Shown here in pieces: positions 27,767 to 41,600 of a DNA stretch of 64,000 nucleotides. Position 1 is the stretch's first letter, and every line of letters starts with the position of its first letter. Source of the stretch: Eledone cirrhosa (lineage: Eukaryota); assembly GCA_964016885.1 (NCBI GenBank), contig OZ024747.1:66774001-66838000 (forward strand). The letters are read 5' to 3'. The position numbers and the translations under genes were made by a program. A model generated the notes under the pieces. The model searched no databases and was not told the origin of the DNA. It was given only the letters and a program-made list of their open reading frames with translations.

Positions 27767-30700
27767 ATATATATACATATGTATATGCATGTGTATATGC
27801 ATGTGAGTGCGACAGAGATGGAAAGAGAGAATAGTGCTGTGTCAAAATAACACGAATACATATACCAATCTATATAATCGTGGTTCGTGGGTAATTTTCG
27901 TTACATGTTATTTGTTATTACTGTATTAAAATAACAAGGTTCAGAAAAAAAACTAACGACGTATAATGAACATGAAAGCTCACTCCCTGACAACGGAGCC
28001 ATTTTATTTTCAGAACACAGAAATATATTTAGTATATTCAAATTTTAGCAGCACACCTACCTAACTATAATTACGTTAATAATATTTCACCACTTCTCTC
28101 TGATTCCTGAAATTATACATAGCTTTCCACTGAAAAACGTATTTGTTGATTGAACTAGTTAAGAATTCTTTATAATATACAAATTTGTCTGACTGATTTA
28201 CTTAAGCCGAAAGTAATAATGAGTTATCATAAAAGCACATCATACCATCACTAAGATGACCTAAATTTAGAATTCACAAGATCTTTGAATTGGTGAAAAG
28301 GAAGAAGAAGGGAATATACGAGGGAGTAGAATGGAATAACCTAACACAACCTGACGTGATATCAAAGAATCATTGTGAATACGATAGGGAAGAACTATCT
28401 AAAGTATTTAAATCTAACAGATGTTTGTGAAAAACGTTTACTGACTTTCAATAGCGATGATAGGCAATCTTTAGTTCCAGTTCTAAAACACTTTCATGTA
28501 ATGTAGTCTTTGGCCTTGTTCCTTATCACCTGTTTCTCAACTTTCCAAAGATATATTACCAGGAGTTGTATCAATCATTTCTCTAGAAATTCAGGAAAAC
28601 CTCTCTTCCGTGTTCTATTGACAAAATGTCAATTTATTAAATTGTTTCTTATTTCGCGCTTGAACAAATAAAAAGAAATAAAAAAGAATCAATACATTAA
28701 TAACAGTTATTTTTTCATCATATAATATCCATTACTATGACGATGGTAAAGACAGGCTGAAGGAATGGGGGCAGTGCTGAGTATAACCAACACTTTTCTA
28801 TCGAAATGTTAACATGATTTTCTCGATCAAAATGGTAATGAAGAACATAGTGGGTATGTTATCTTACAAGAAATTCATAACCAACATTAAATAGAGATTT
28901 TAGTCAGGATTTAATTAATCCCCAGGTATCGACTGCTTTTCATTTTCTATATCATATCTTTTTTTATGACCTACAACTTGAGAAGTTTCAGAATTCATAA
29001 AAGTGTTTTGATAGCGTCAGATTTCACCGTTGCTCTGTGGAATTGGATTTCTTTGATATTTCTTATCTAACAAAACAATTCTACTATTCTACAATTGTAA
29101 TGGGGGAGATTTTAGAGTCAGTAAATGAACTATTGAAGATATATAGCTTTCTTCAACAATATTTTGAGTTCAAATACGGTTTAAGAAGTTCGGTCTCTGA
29201 CTCTTGACAGGGAATGGAGTGAAACATGTAACCGCACATCAAATCATTTAGTGATAAACGTGTACAAAATGTGTGCCACTCAGTATATGGTTCAATCCAT
29301 TAAACTAACAAAAAGCCAGATGCTGATAATTTCGGGGTAGTTTTTCCTCGTAGGACCATTAGGCAGTTTCATCCGATTAGGTATAGAAGAGTTTCTTCTT
29401 CAGCATATTTGTCCACTGTGTGCAGTCTTATATTCGAATTCTCTGACTGATGGTAACCAATGGATTCTGTTTACACGGTCAAATGAGATATACATTTCTC
29501 GAAAAGGAATATTCTGTATCGGAACGTATGCAAACATATTTTCTTTATACAACGTATCAAAGGTTGACTCTATTCTTCCACTCTACAAAGTTATATCAAA
29601 GCTAAAAATAATTTATATCTTCTTGTCTGCATAGCAAAATGATATTTTCTACGTAGTGAAATTTTGTATGCGTAGTATTTGCCAAGACTTACCATTACAA
29701 GTTTTCTCCGATTCTATTGTTTCATTTCCTTAATATCTTGCATTGGCCTTTCAGAGTAGGGCCCTAAAATATTTTTCCCGGGTCGCATGTACTGTGAAAC
29801 GATATGAAACACTGAAACCTTGAGTAGACAGCCACTCAGTCAAATGCAATTATCAAAAGATTATAAAGTTATTATAGCTGTTGCGCTTATATCCTTCATT
29901 TCTATTCTCTATTCAATATTCTTTAAAATAGTTTAAGATATAATTATTGACATTTCTCACAAACAAGAAATAACAGAAAATTTAATATTTGATAAGCACA
30001 GATGCGTATTTTATTAATTTGCTGAAATTAAAGTCGATTAGGATAAAATCTAAAAAATGTTAATTCGTCTGACTGAAGAAAATATGTTTGTATGAAGAAT
30101 ATATTATAATTTATATTTCTGGAAATTAAGATTAAGATGATATTTAAAATATGTATAGAATTTTTTTTTAACAATTCTTTCAGAGGAAATATATTTCATT
30201 GAATATAATTAACAAGCATTGTAGTATGTAGATAAGTTTCTGGTGAATTGTAGTCGGGTTGTGGTTTCGATTTTCATTTAACATGACATTGAATGTACCA
30301 CGAAAAATATACATGAAGAAACTTCACAAAAATATACATGAGGAAGTCTCATGAGAAAGTATCTATGTGGTTTCTCATCTTAAAAGAAATAGTAGCTAAT
30401 CCTGAAACCATGCATCCTTAAATACGGAAAGAATATATTGGATAATGAAGCACTACATAGCTGAAATGTCTCTTATCATTGATCTGCTAAACCTGGCATG
30501 GATAGGGCCAGACAACAACAGCGGAAACAGTAACATTTTTTATTTATTTACACAGTAACTTAATGTTATTGGTAGGGTCACTCGAGAATGATAGTCGATG
30601 TATCATATACGTGATTATTTCAAGTACTAATGTCTTACACTATGCAATGGAGAAGTCATGTTCTACCTCTAGCATTAAGCTATGTTCATATCCATGTTGC

Positions 30701-31759
30701 GTCCTGTTTTCAAATATTCTGCCAGTATATGTTATACACTGAGATGTGGGTTCAACTTCCGTCGGTTCCGCCGGTGTACGGTTCAGTCGTTTAACGTAGT
30801 TCTAGGGAAGATGCAGCATCACATAGTGTGTGACAAGGCTAACGCTTTCAATCACAGGCTCAACTACTTTCTTTTCAGCTGAGAAACACTAAATTATATG
30901 CTTTTCTCAAGGACATAGCGCGCAGTCAGGAATCGAATTCATGATTTTACAAACAGCCAAATTACTAAAAACACCACCACCATCACCATTACATCACCTA
31001 CCTTATCACCCACAACCTCACCACTTCAACCGCCGCCAGCATATCAACACCACCATCATCATTACTATCCCTACCACCACCACCACTATATCATCACCAT
31101 TACACTGCCATTACAACCGCCATCACCACCATCATCACCGTTACAACCACAGTCATTTTAATTATCACCATCATCATCATCACACACCACTTTCTACGGA
31201 TGAAACCATCCACCCACTTACATACAGACACACAATGGGCCTCAAAACTCGGGGTGGGTTTGAGTAAAGTACGGCTGCAAGTATTGGAATAGTTAAATAA
31301 CACGAAACTGGGTATCTGAAATATTCGTCATGTGCCTTGATGACATCCTGCTTCTTCTATTTCATATATTTAATATATTTACAATATGAAATATATTTCC
31401 AGTAATTACGGCTGTAGGGCGAATAAAATTTCATTTAACTAATTTTGTAGTATGAAGTAGGCACGGACATTGTAATAAATTTGTATGGCGGCTAAACTGT
31501 AAGATGAGTTTCATTCAGTGATTATTTGCACATTCAACAATAACATAATGAAAGTAATTCGAGACATGCAAATGAAAGTTAGCACTCATCAAATCAAATG
31601 ACGATTTTAATATCCGTTTTCATTATCGTTTATGTTTGCTATTTTAACTTTTCATATTGTTATAAAATTTTAATGAGCCAATATCATTCGTCAAATAAAT
31701 CGACCATTTATTACGTGTCATCTCAAGATCTTATTAATGCTTGTAAGTCGTTCGACTAT

Positions 31760-32500
31760 GTAGAGAAGCAGCAGCGACAACAGTAACTACTAGAATATCG
31801 GCGACAGCAGCAACAACAACAGCAACAGTAGCTGGAAGAAACATTGGCAACAACAACAACAACATCTACAGTAGCTAGAAGAAACATCGGTGACAACAAC
31901 AACAACATCAACAGCAGCAACAACATCAACAGTAACTACAAGAACATCGGCGACAACTGCAACAACAACATCAACAGTAGCTGGAAGAAACATCGGTGAC
32001 AACAACAACAACATCAACAGCAGCAACAACATCAACAGCAGCAACAACATCAACAGTAGCTAGAACATCGGTGGCAACAGCAACAACATCAACAGTAACT
32101 GTAAGAAATGTCTACAACAACAACAGCAACATCAACAGTTGCTATAAGAAATGTCTACAACAACAACAGCAACATCAACATTTGATGTAAGAAATACCTA
32201 CAACAACAGCAACAACATCAATGGTTTCTGTAAGAAACATCGGTGTCAACACCAACAACAGTAGCTATAAGAAATATTTACAATAGCAGCAAGATCAACA
32301 GAGTTATAAGAAACATCTGCAACAGCAATGACAGTAGCTACAATCATCAACAGCACCAGTGACAACAACGACAACAGCAATAAAAAGAAACAGTATAAAC
32401 AGCTACAGTAGAAATATGGAACGGCAGTGATAATAGTAGCTACAGCAACAACAGTATCTACAATAAATAACAGCATCAGAAGCAACACTAACAATGACAA
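31760..32500. repeat. Degenerate (CAA/CAG)-rich minisatellite
   Basis: Recurring AAGAAACATCGGTGACAACAACAACAACATCAACAGTAGCT-like units. Confidence 0.85.
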
Positions 32501-33784
32501 GAGGAGCTATAAAAAAAGAGCAGTAACGGTAAGAACAACACCAACAATAACACTACAGCCATCACTAAAAATCAAGGATAAATTAGTATCGGCATGCGCT
32601 ATGATCTTTGCTAGACCGTGAAGTGATTTGATCGAAGAATGTACGGCTGTAGTACTTAAGCTGTCAATGGTATGACAGCTAGACGTAGAGAACGTTATTC
32701 TATTACTGAGTTGGTATTCATATAACGACCACTAAAGGACAAAAGAAAATCCTTAGCGGGATTTGAACACAGAGTATACATCACTATCAATTACGATCAA
32801 TGATGACATGGTAGCATATACCAGGATTTTCCTGGTGAGTTTACTTGTGCTTGTAGTAGTCAGCTGGCATCTCCTCGACCTTCCAACCTTTACTCAGGAG
32901 AACTATTAGAATTTGAAAGCTAGAGAAAGAGTGAAAGAGAGAGAGGGAGGGAGAGAGGGGGGGGGGGGGTTGCGCCAACACTGAGCTGCTATTGTTTTAT
33001 TGACACCTGAAAAAATAAAAGGTAATATAGTAGGATTTGAAATTTGAGCACGCATCAACAATGCTAAAGCAGTAATCCAGGATAAATTCCTATGAGCATG
33101 TAATGCGATTTGGCTAATGGCCTGAGGTTCCCACGTAGTCATAAGTAGGCACAGATACTAGTTCAACGCTCCCAAACTTGACTCAGGAGCAGAACTAGGA
33201 TGTAACAGTATGAGGAAAAAAAGACTGCACGAGCACAGGTCTAATACTCTTTTCATCGATCCCCGAAAAAGAAGACAGATAAAACAGACCTCGGCGTGAT
33301 TTAAAGGTAACTCAGAGAGTCGGAACAAATATCGTAAGACATTTTATTAAAAGACTTAACAAATCGTAGGATACCGCTATGGAATACGGTGTGTCTGCGT
33401 TCTGTGAGCGTAGCGGAGCTCGAAAGGATGAAAGGCAATGTTGACTTGTGTGGGATTTTAAGATTTTAACCCAGAAAGCACAACGAACCAGAACGAATAC
33501 TACAAAACATTTTATCCAACGTTGTAAGGATTCTGTCGATTGACCTATACATACATACATATGAGTGCACCTATATATATATAATATATAATATATATAT
33601 ATATATATATGTGGGTGTGGTAAAATACCAGGTAGATCATAGCCCACCAGAGTACTCGATACTTGGGGTAGTAGTGTGGGTAATATGAAAATATTTAGGA
33701 CCCCGGCGGCTGAGCTCCGGCCGTTTCTACACCAAGATCCGAACCTGCTGTCGAAACGACCGGAGCTCAGCCGTTGGGTTCCTG

Positions 33785-33908
<124 letters not shown>

Positions 33909-34214
33909 ATATATATATATGATATATGTATGTGTGTACTCGCCAAGATATTTAATTGCTACAAAATGAAGTTTGCCCAAAGATATCTTTTACCATGAAA
34001 CAAAAATGAAATAATTCAAGCAATATGAAATATCGTCAATACATTCTCACGGGAGAGATATTTAAAGTTATTTTACACCATGAGAAAACGAATATAAAAT
34101 ATTTATTCCCAAAAGAGAGATAAAATAAATTAATACATTTCATTCACATTACTCATTAATTCTAGCCTATATTATATTTCTACACAATTTCTGTTATTTG
34201 TTCACGCCATATAA

Positions 34215-34348
<134 letters not shown>

Positions 34349-34430
34349 GGTAAACAGAAATAACAACACAATCAGTACAGTATATGGAAGAAATATATTA
34401 GGTTAACGCTTGAAATAGCAGGAAGAGGGT

Positions 34431-34464
34431 CTTAACGTTTCGGACGCTAGTCCTTCATCAAAAG
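34431..34464 (-). ncRNA. Degenerate minimal HHR (related decayed copy at ~27545-27578, plus strand)
   Basis: Minus strand CTT-TTGATGA-AGGAC-TAGC-GTCC-GAAACGTT-AAG; C3U without the G8A change. Confidence 0.5.
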
Positions 34465-34597
34465 AAACAATGCGAAATAAGATAGATTGAAGGGACGGGC
34501 GGGGTGGAATTGGAAAAAATGTCTTTAGATAAAAAAAAACTAAACTTAGCGAATGGATTGTTGAGTTTTTTGTAAAATGTATTCATACATACATATA

Positions 34598-34701
<104 letters not shown>

Positions 34702-34991
34702 ATTTTGAAAATACGACAGTGCTCCAGTTTTATTATTTATATTTAAAATTTCCCTATTATTTTTATGCATAATATGTAATTGTAGCGATCCCAAATCCAT
34801 ATGTGTAGTAATGTCTCGAAGTCTCCACGTCTCCATCTCCAGGATTGCAATTGTTATACTCATGGGATATTGATCACAACTTTAACAGTGATTATAAATT
34901 ATCATGGCAGGAAATCAGATAAAACTGGAGCATAGTCGTGTTTTAACATACAATTTTTTGAAAGAAAGGCTGTTCTTCACTTACATAAATA

Positions 34992-35585
34992 CATGGTGGC
35001 TGCTAACTCGTTTTCGAGTACGGCCACTACTTTATATCCATGTAGGAGAATTCCTACCGATGCGCTGAACGAGTGTGACTTTTTAGTCCAGCCAGCGACT
35101 TGAAAACTCTGGTACAAACACTACACTTGTGACAATTATTGACACATAGAGCTTGGCCCATGGTACCATGTGATGACAAGTGCAGAGAGATCTCCAGATA
35201 TAAGGCAATGCCTGTGCCGTGAAGCTTTTATAGTGAGCAAAGGCACTGCACAAAGCCAGTCCCACTCTCTTAACCAAGATGATATTTACCAAAAAGAAGA
35301 ACGAGTCAACATCATTGGATACCATCAGGGTTGCTGGTGTTATATCAGAGTTTTCCTTCTCCTAGAATTCTGCCTTGACAAAGGCTAAGGGGTCATCTCT
35401 CCCGGTGATTTTGGATGGCCATTGACTCTTAAGAGCTCCTTTACCCTTTGACAGGTTTTGTTTTTAGTCCTGCAGGATGTCCAAAGTCACCCTCCTCACT
35501 AAGAAACCTTGGTGGGGTTGCCAGTTTAGTCGCCAACGACCCGACCATGAGACAGGTTGTATTGGGATACATGTTACCAATAGCA
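34992..35585 (-). mobile_element. RTE-derived SINE-like element, copy 4
   Basis: Reverse complement of 5291-5890; flanked by CATA repeats. Confidence 0.8.
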
Positions 35586-35609
35586 TAAATACATACATAC
35601 ATACATACA

Positions 35610-35643
<34 letters not shown>

Positions 35644-35659
35644 CATACATACATACATA

Positions 35660-36906
35660 ATTGAATGTCACATCATATCTCTCCGACAAGATCTACGAAC
35701 CTCGAGGAGTAGGAGCCCGTTTCTCGAACAAGTCTATCTGCATGAAACAGATAAGATCATGAGAGTTGGGAAGGAACTCCTCGAGAGATATTCCCTGTGT
35801 GATAATCAAAAACTCACACCCAGGGAAGTCGCTCAGCAGTATCGCAGTGAATCCATGGATGAAAAACTGCATACTTATCAGCAAAAATTCATGCATGGAT
35901 ATGTTGCCAGGAAGCTCCAGAGTAATATAGATAAGGAAAGTAGTCTATCTTGGACCAACAACCGCTATATTGGCTCCCACTTTGAAGGATACGCTTTTGC
36001 AATCCAAGAACAGGAGATTAACACGAAATACCTGATTCGCAAAAGAGATAGGGATGCAGGCAAAACACCTAGATGTGATAACGAGTGCAGACTCTGCAGT
36101 ACTAATATCGAGGATATCACCGATGTCATCAGCAGCTGTTCAAAGATGTCATCGCGGTACTATCTGCCTATGAGGCATGATGTAGTGACCAAAACACTGT
36201 ACAATGCAGTTCGTAAAAAGGATAGCCCCGATAATAAACACATTAAAAGCTACAGCAATGTGGAAGACATCCACGTACATAATATGAAAGAGTACTGGTG
36301 GAATGTTCCAGTAAAAACCCCAATAATATGCAGGCATAACAGATCAGATATTATGATATGGGACAGGGAGAAGAAAACATGCACAGTAGTGGAAAGTAGC
36401 TGCCCAGTAGATGCCAATATAATATCAAAGATTAGTGAAAAGGAGAATATTTATGCAGAACTGATGAGAAATCTGCAGATACTCTACCCCGATTACACCT
36501 TCAGATTTATGCCTGTGATTATTGGGGCACTGGGATATGTTAGTAACTGCCTCAATACAAATCTTGAGAAGCTAGGTTTCACAGGAACAGAAAGAACACA
36601 CCTAGTTAGGAAATTACAAGTACAATCCATTAATGGAACAGTAAAAATATGTAAAACATTCCAAAAATTTTGCATCTAATAGCTGCATATACACATGTAC
36701 AGATACAAAGCATATACATATGCACACATACAACTTAAAACATACACATCCACACATACAATAACATCCATATCTACACATGCATGCATACATACATATC
36801 TACCTAGTTGATGTTGTGTAAATTCCAATGAGAGAGTCTTGTGTCCATGTTAGAACCGACTCTCTCTCTATTGGTAAAATTTTGTGAAATTATAAAACCA
36901 GAAGAA
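35660..36906 (+). mobile_element. 5'-truncated copy of the R4/Dong-like LINE (REL domain + complete 3' UTR)
   Basis: Protein nearly identical to the C-terminal part of ORF 154-1803 (ends KICKTFQKFCI at 36679). Preceded by (CATA)n and followed by CATA-like repeats. Confidence 0.93.
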
Positions 36907-37108
36907 CATACATACATTCATACATATATACATATATGTTCCTTTGTTGCTTTTGCAATAATTTGTTTGAGAATGCGACCACCTGCAAATAGTAAATGTG
37001 TCTAGCAGTAGCCAACGAGAACTATTTAAAGAAATATATAATTTGAACGTAAACGTTCGGAAATTTCTACAATAAATATTATCCTATATGTCATTATACA
37101 TACATATA

Positions 37109-37210
<102 letters not shown>

Positions 37211-37321
37211 GAGAGATTTATGTGTGTGTGTATATATATAAATATATGTATATATATACATTTATATATTTATATATATATATATATTTAAATATACAGA
37301 CAAACATACATACAAACACAC

Positions 37322-37355
<34 letters not shown>

Positions 37356-37358
<3 letters not shown>

Positions 37359-37545
37359 GAAGGAAGTGGGGTAAGGAACCAGATGGACCATACGCAACAA
37401 GAGCACTCAATACTTAGGGTAGTAGATTGGGTAATAGAAAATGTTTAACCCCGTCGGCAGAGCTCAAACCGTTTCGACGGCTATTTCTGTACAGAAATAG
37501 CCGTCGAAACGGCTTGAGCTCTGCCGTCGGGGTTAAACATTTTCC
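37356..37545. mobile_element. Fold-back pLTR-like element, GGCTTGAGCTC family (also 15155-15200, 33697-33783, 40140-40308, 43409-43610, 52027-52195)
   Basis: Palindrome of GAAA-CGGC-TTGAGCTC(A/T)-GCCG-TC|GGGG (HHR stem III + GUC), with a shared tail ..GGTTCCTTACC.. and TA flanks. Confidence 0.75.
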
Positions 37546-37564
37546 TATATATATATATATATAT

Positions 37565-37748
37565 AGTTTTAATATAGATGAGATTCTACAGGACTAGAAC
37601 TGTTTCATTCTTTAGAAATCATGATGATTTCTAAAGAATGAAACAGTTCTAGTCCTGTAGAATCTCATCTATATTAAAACTTTTATACTCTGCAATGTAT
37701 TCAGTACCTTACTTATTGTGGTTACCTCCGATTCAACCAGGAATAACG

Positions 37749-37750
<2 letters not shown>
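37565..37750. mobile_element. Fold-back pLTR of the 16013-18575 family, inverted inside the HHR core
   Basis: Perfect arms around GAAATC-ATGAT-GATTTC (~37622); the right arm continues to the family 3' end. Confidence 0.85.
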
Positions 37751-37799
<49 letters not shown>

Positions 37800-37802
<3 letters not shown>

Positions 37803-38202
37803 AAGAATTAAAAAGAACAGAAAGATGCAGTAAAAGAGATTTATTCGGTTCTTACGTACGTTTCAATAGACATCAATTTGCCTAGATCTCGCTACATCTA
37901 TAATATTATATATTTAGTAGAGCATTGGATATCGAATGCTCTACTAAATATATAATATTATAGATGTAGCGAGATCTAGGCAAATTGATGTCTATTGAAA
38001 CGTACGTAAGAACCGAATAAATCTCTTTTACTGCATCTTTCTGTTCTTTTTAGTTCTTTATACACGCCCCGGAATATAGCTAAACTGGAATATACACCTT
38101 TTTTCTGCATTTCGTTGAGCACCACTCTGTTCTAAGCTGACATTCCACTACACGGTACATAACACTGTGTCCTGGAAAACATTAAGCCACTTGTGCATAA
38201 CC

Positions 38203-38205
<3 letters not shown>
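37800..38205. mobile_element. Fold-back element with ~125 bp arms carrying the HHR 3' half GAAA-CGTACG-TA
   Basis: 37800-37926 mirrors 37935-38062; the unique tail continues to (TA)n at 38205. Confidence 0.75.
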
Positions 38206-38263
<58 letters not shown>

Positions 38264-39289
38264 CAAGGTTTAGCAAATAAGAAAAAGTTTCAAAGTAAAT
38301 TTTAAAAAATTAACTTTACTTACTATGGTTACCTTTGCCGAATCGGTTTCGATTCTCAAAAATAAACGGAGTCCATGCGGCCTTCGTTGCAAAGAAAGAA
38401 TCTCGTCAGAAGGATCTTTTCATTCGAAGAATATAAAATTCACGAATTCAAATTACGAACTGGCGCTATTCAAAATTGTTCCCGAGATGAGAGTAAATGA
38501 AGTGGAATCAATTTTTCAAGGGCCGAGTGTAAAAATAGAGGCAGATATATATATATAAAATAAGTCCATAGAATAATTAGATAAAATATAGACAGTATTT
38601 CTTCTCCCAATCAGCATAAATCAACCACACAAAAAATCATTTAAAACGAGGCTATAAGTTTGAAATATACTTATGACGAAACAATAGATAAATGATATAG
38701 CTTCTTATCCGCGACTCAGCTACAACAAATTTACCTAGTATTTCTAGTAGCCTGTAGAAATTGACTAGACATATAGGTAACCATACATAATTAGATACAG
38801 AATCAATGTTAGAAGAAAAAATGTACATAATCCTTACCCAAATCATCAAAATATCATTCCATGGTAATTTCATTCCATTTTTGGATATATCCGATCTTGG
38901 ATAAATCAACGAGGTTTGGAAATCATCAAGAGATAACTCAATTGGACAAACATTTTTCTTACATGATCCCCGCCAGAGACGAATTCAAAATGGCTAAGAA
39001 TCATCACGTGGCCAGTGGTCAAGGCAGAAAGTTTGTGATTGGTGCCTGTCGGTGAGTAGGCTGGTTGCTAGAAAGCGCAGCCGAATACTGCCTAAAGTTT
39101 TACTCAACCTTACGGGAGTATATAAAATTTAAAGGGTATACATATAAACTAGAGAAAGTCGTAGATATATATATATATATATATATATGTTTTTGGCAAC
39201 CATTCACGGTGTGGCTCAATGAAGAATTAATTAAATAATTAATAATCAGAGCAATATATAAAAGATAAGTCCATAGCTCATTATTAATT

Positions 39290-39445
39290 GGCAGTATCGG
39301 TAGAGGGTCGGACGCCATGATTTGACGCATAGAGTTACAGCCCTTGCCATTCTGAGTTCTTTCATCCTTACGGGTCGATAAAATAAAGTACCAGTAATCC
39401 ACTGAGTAAATGCTGGCCTTGTGCCAAAAGTAGAAACAATTATTA
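39290..39445 (+). mobile_element. Octopus-type tRNA-derived SINE, decayed
   Basis: CTTTCATCC..GGGTCGATAAAATAAAGTACCAGT..GGCCTTGTGCCAAAAGTAGAAACAAT; reverse complement of the 46420-46800 copies. Confidence 0.7.
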
Positions 39446-39758
39446 ATTCATAGATCTGTCGATATCTTATGATCCTAACATTGACTCATATTTTGATATA
39501 GACATTCTTTCCTAAAATTTTCGCGCCATATATACAGAATTATATATGTGTTCTTACCGTTGACTTCATATGACCGTCGGATTTGTTTAGTCACAGTTTC
39601 ATTGATAATACTTATAATACTTTACGGATGTTATCTGTCATGAGTTCTTTCGAATTATTTTGTTGAGCGTGGAACTACATTGAGGTTGAAACTTTGTGAG
39701 TAAGACTTTCTTTACTGAACATTGACATACACACAAAGATGTGACTGCGCAAGCACAT

Positions 39759-39851
<93 letters not shown>

Positions 39852-39857
39852 TATATG

Positions 39858-39888
<31 letters not shown>

Positions 39889-39901
39889 CTATCTATATAT
39901 A

Positions 39902-40002
<101 letters not shown>

Positions 40003-40301
40003 ATAGATATATTATTTATTATATATGAGACAAAGTTTCACTTTAAAATGTTTTTGTTGCGTATCGAACTTTACATATGCTTCGGGGATGCTTGGCTTGG
40101 GGACTTATCGAGATATTTATGAGACATATGGATTCATATTGAAAGGCCGTTTCGACAGCTAAATCCGACCGAACGCGAATCTAGCTGTCGAAACGGCTGG
40201 AGCTCAGCCGTCGGACTCTTTTGTTTTTACCCACTCTACTACCTTAAGCATTGAGTACTCTGGTGCGTTATGGTCCACCTGGTATCTTACCATGCCCTCT
40301 T

Positions 40302-40355
<54 letters not shown>

Positions 40356-40899
40356 ATCATATGTATTAAACATTTTATTATACCTTTTTATTAATACTTT
40401 TTGATAATTAATTTTTAAACCTTTATAACTTCTATAAAGTTTTGCTGGATGGAATTTAACTCCTAATATGGTCATCCAAGTAACGGAAGTCAAAGAGAAG
40501 CCAGACGAAGATATTAACTAAAAAAAGAAACTCTATTTTCTCTTGAGGGGTGGGATTAGTTGTAGTCACATCGGCAGGTATCAACAAACCATTATTTTGA
40601 CTTTGTGTACATCGCAGCTTCTTGAATGTCCACGCACTCTAGTTAGCAGAAAACTACAAGACAATAAAAGAAGTGGCTACTCATTATTGCAGTATTTTAC
40701 CCAACCATTTGAAAACATGACAGAATCAAGAAATTGCACAAGGGTTCAAGCCCCTGCCATAAAATCCTCTCTAACAATCATTACTGTTGTTTCCAATGCG
40801 AAGTTATATGATGGTGCTACCTTATATTCCCCCACAAGGATAGGGTAACAGCTGAACTCAGAATGAGGCGGCTCAAACAATCAAGTCATGCACTTTTCT

Positions 40900-41600
40900 C
40901 ACAGTTTAACTGTTGTATACTCAATACAATCCCACAAGGAGTAAAACATCCAAAACACATTGATGGTTGTAATATATTTGTACTTGGGATTCAAGAACAC
41001 AGATATTTACATAAAGAGAATGATTCTGATATAATAGCACAAGATTTTGTCTCCTACACACATTGTTCAGAGCCTCAGCTTGGAAAACATCGAATAATTC
41101 AACGGTTAGTTGTGTTAGGATTGCTATAAAAACTGACATACTCAACCTCTTGATCTTGGTTCAAAGGATACATTACCGCATAGAGACTGCAACCATTAAA
41201 GGCAATTCTAAAGCCATTATTATATCATATTACTCTCCCCATAGTGGGTAGAGTGATGATGAAATACTACAATTATGATATGAGTTATCTTAACATATCT
41301 CAACAATTCCTCAGCATAACTTCCTGCTGGTTTGTGGGCATCTCAATGCCAATCACTAGATCAGGCCAGTAAATGAAACGAGATCTACCTTCCTTAATGA
41401 ACATAAGCTAATTCCTTTGAATATGAGTTTTCAAAAACGTCCAAATTGTTTATAGTCTTAGAGATCACTTAATCTTGGTCTTCGTGAAATTGATTATATT
41501 CTCTGCATCCATGATTGCAATGTCCATTCTTCTTTAGACCCGATAACCTAATAATTCTTACTAAATGTAAACTCAGTCTTCTTACAGCATGGAAAATTCC
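40900..41600 (+). pseudogene. Decayed RTE-type APE endonuclease remnant
   Basis: NIFVLGIQEHRYLH, SAWKTSNNST, IISYYSPH and degenerate G-D-x-N-A-like and IDYIL segments, with many stops. Confidence 0.65.

Noticed and set aside
31790-32621. Poly-Leu, poly-Thr and poly-Gln ORFs
   Set aside because: Products of a CAA/CAG minisatellite.
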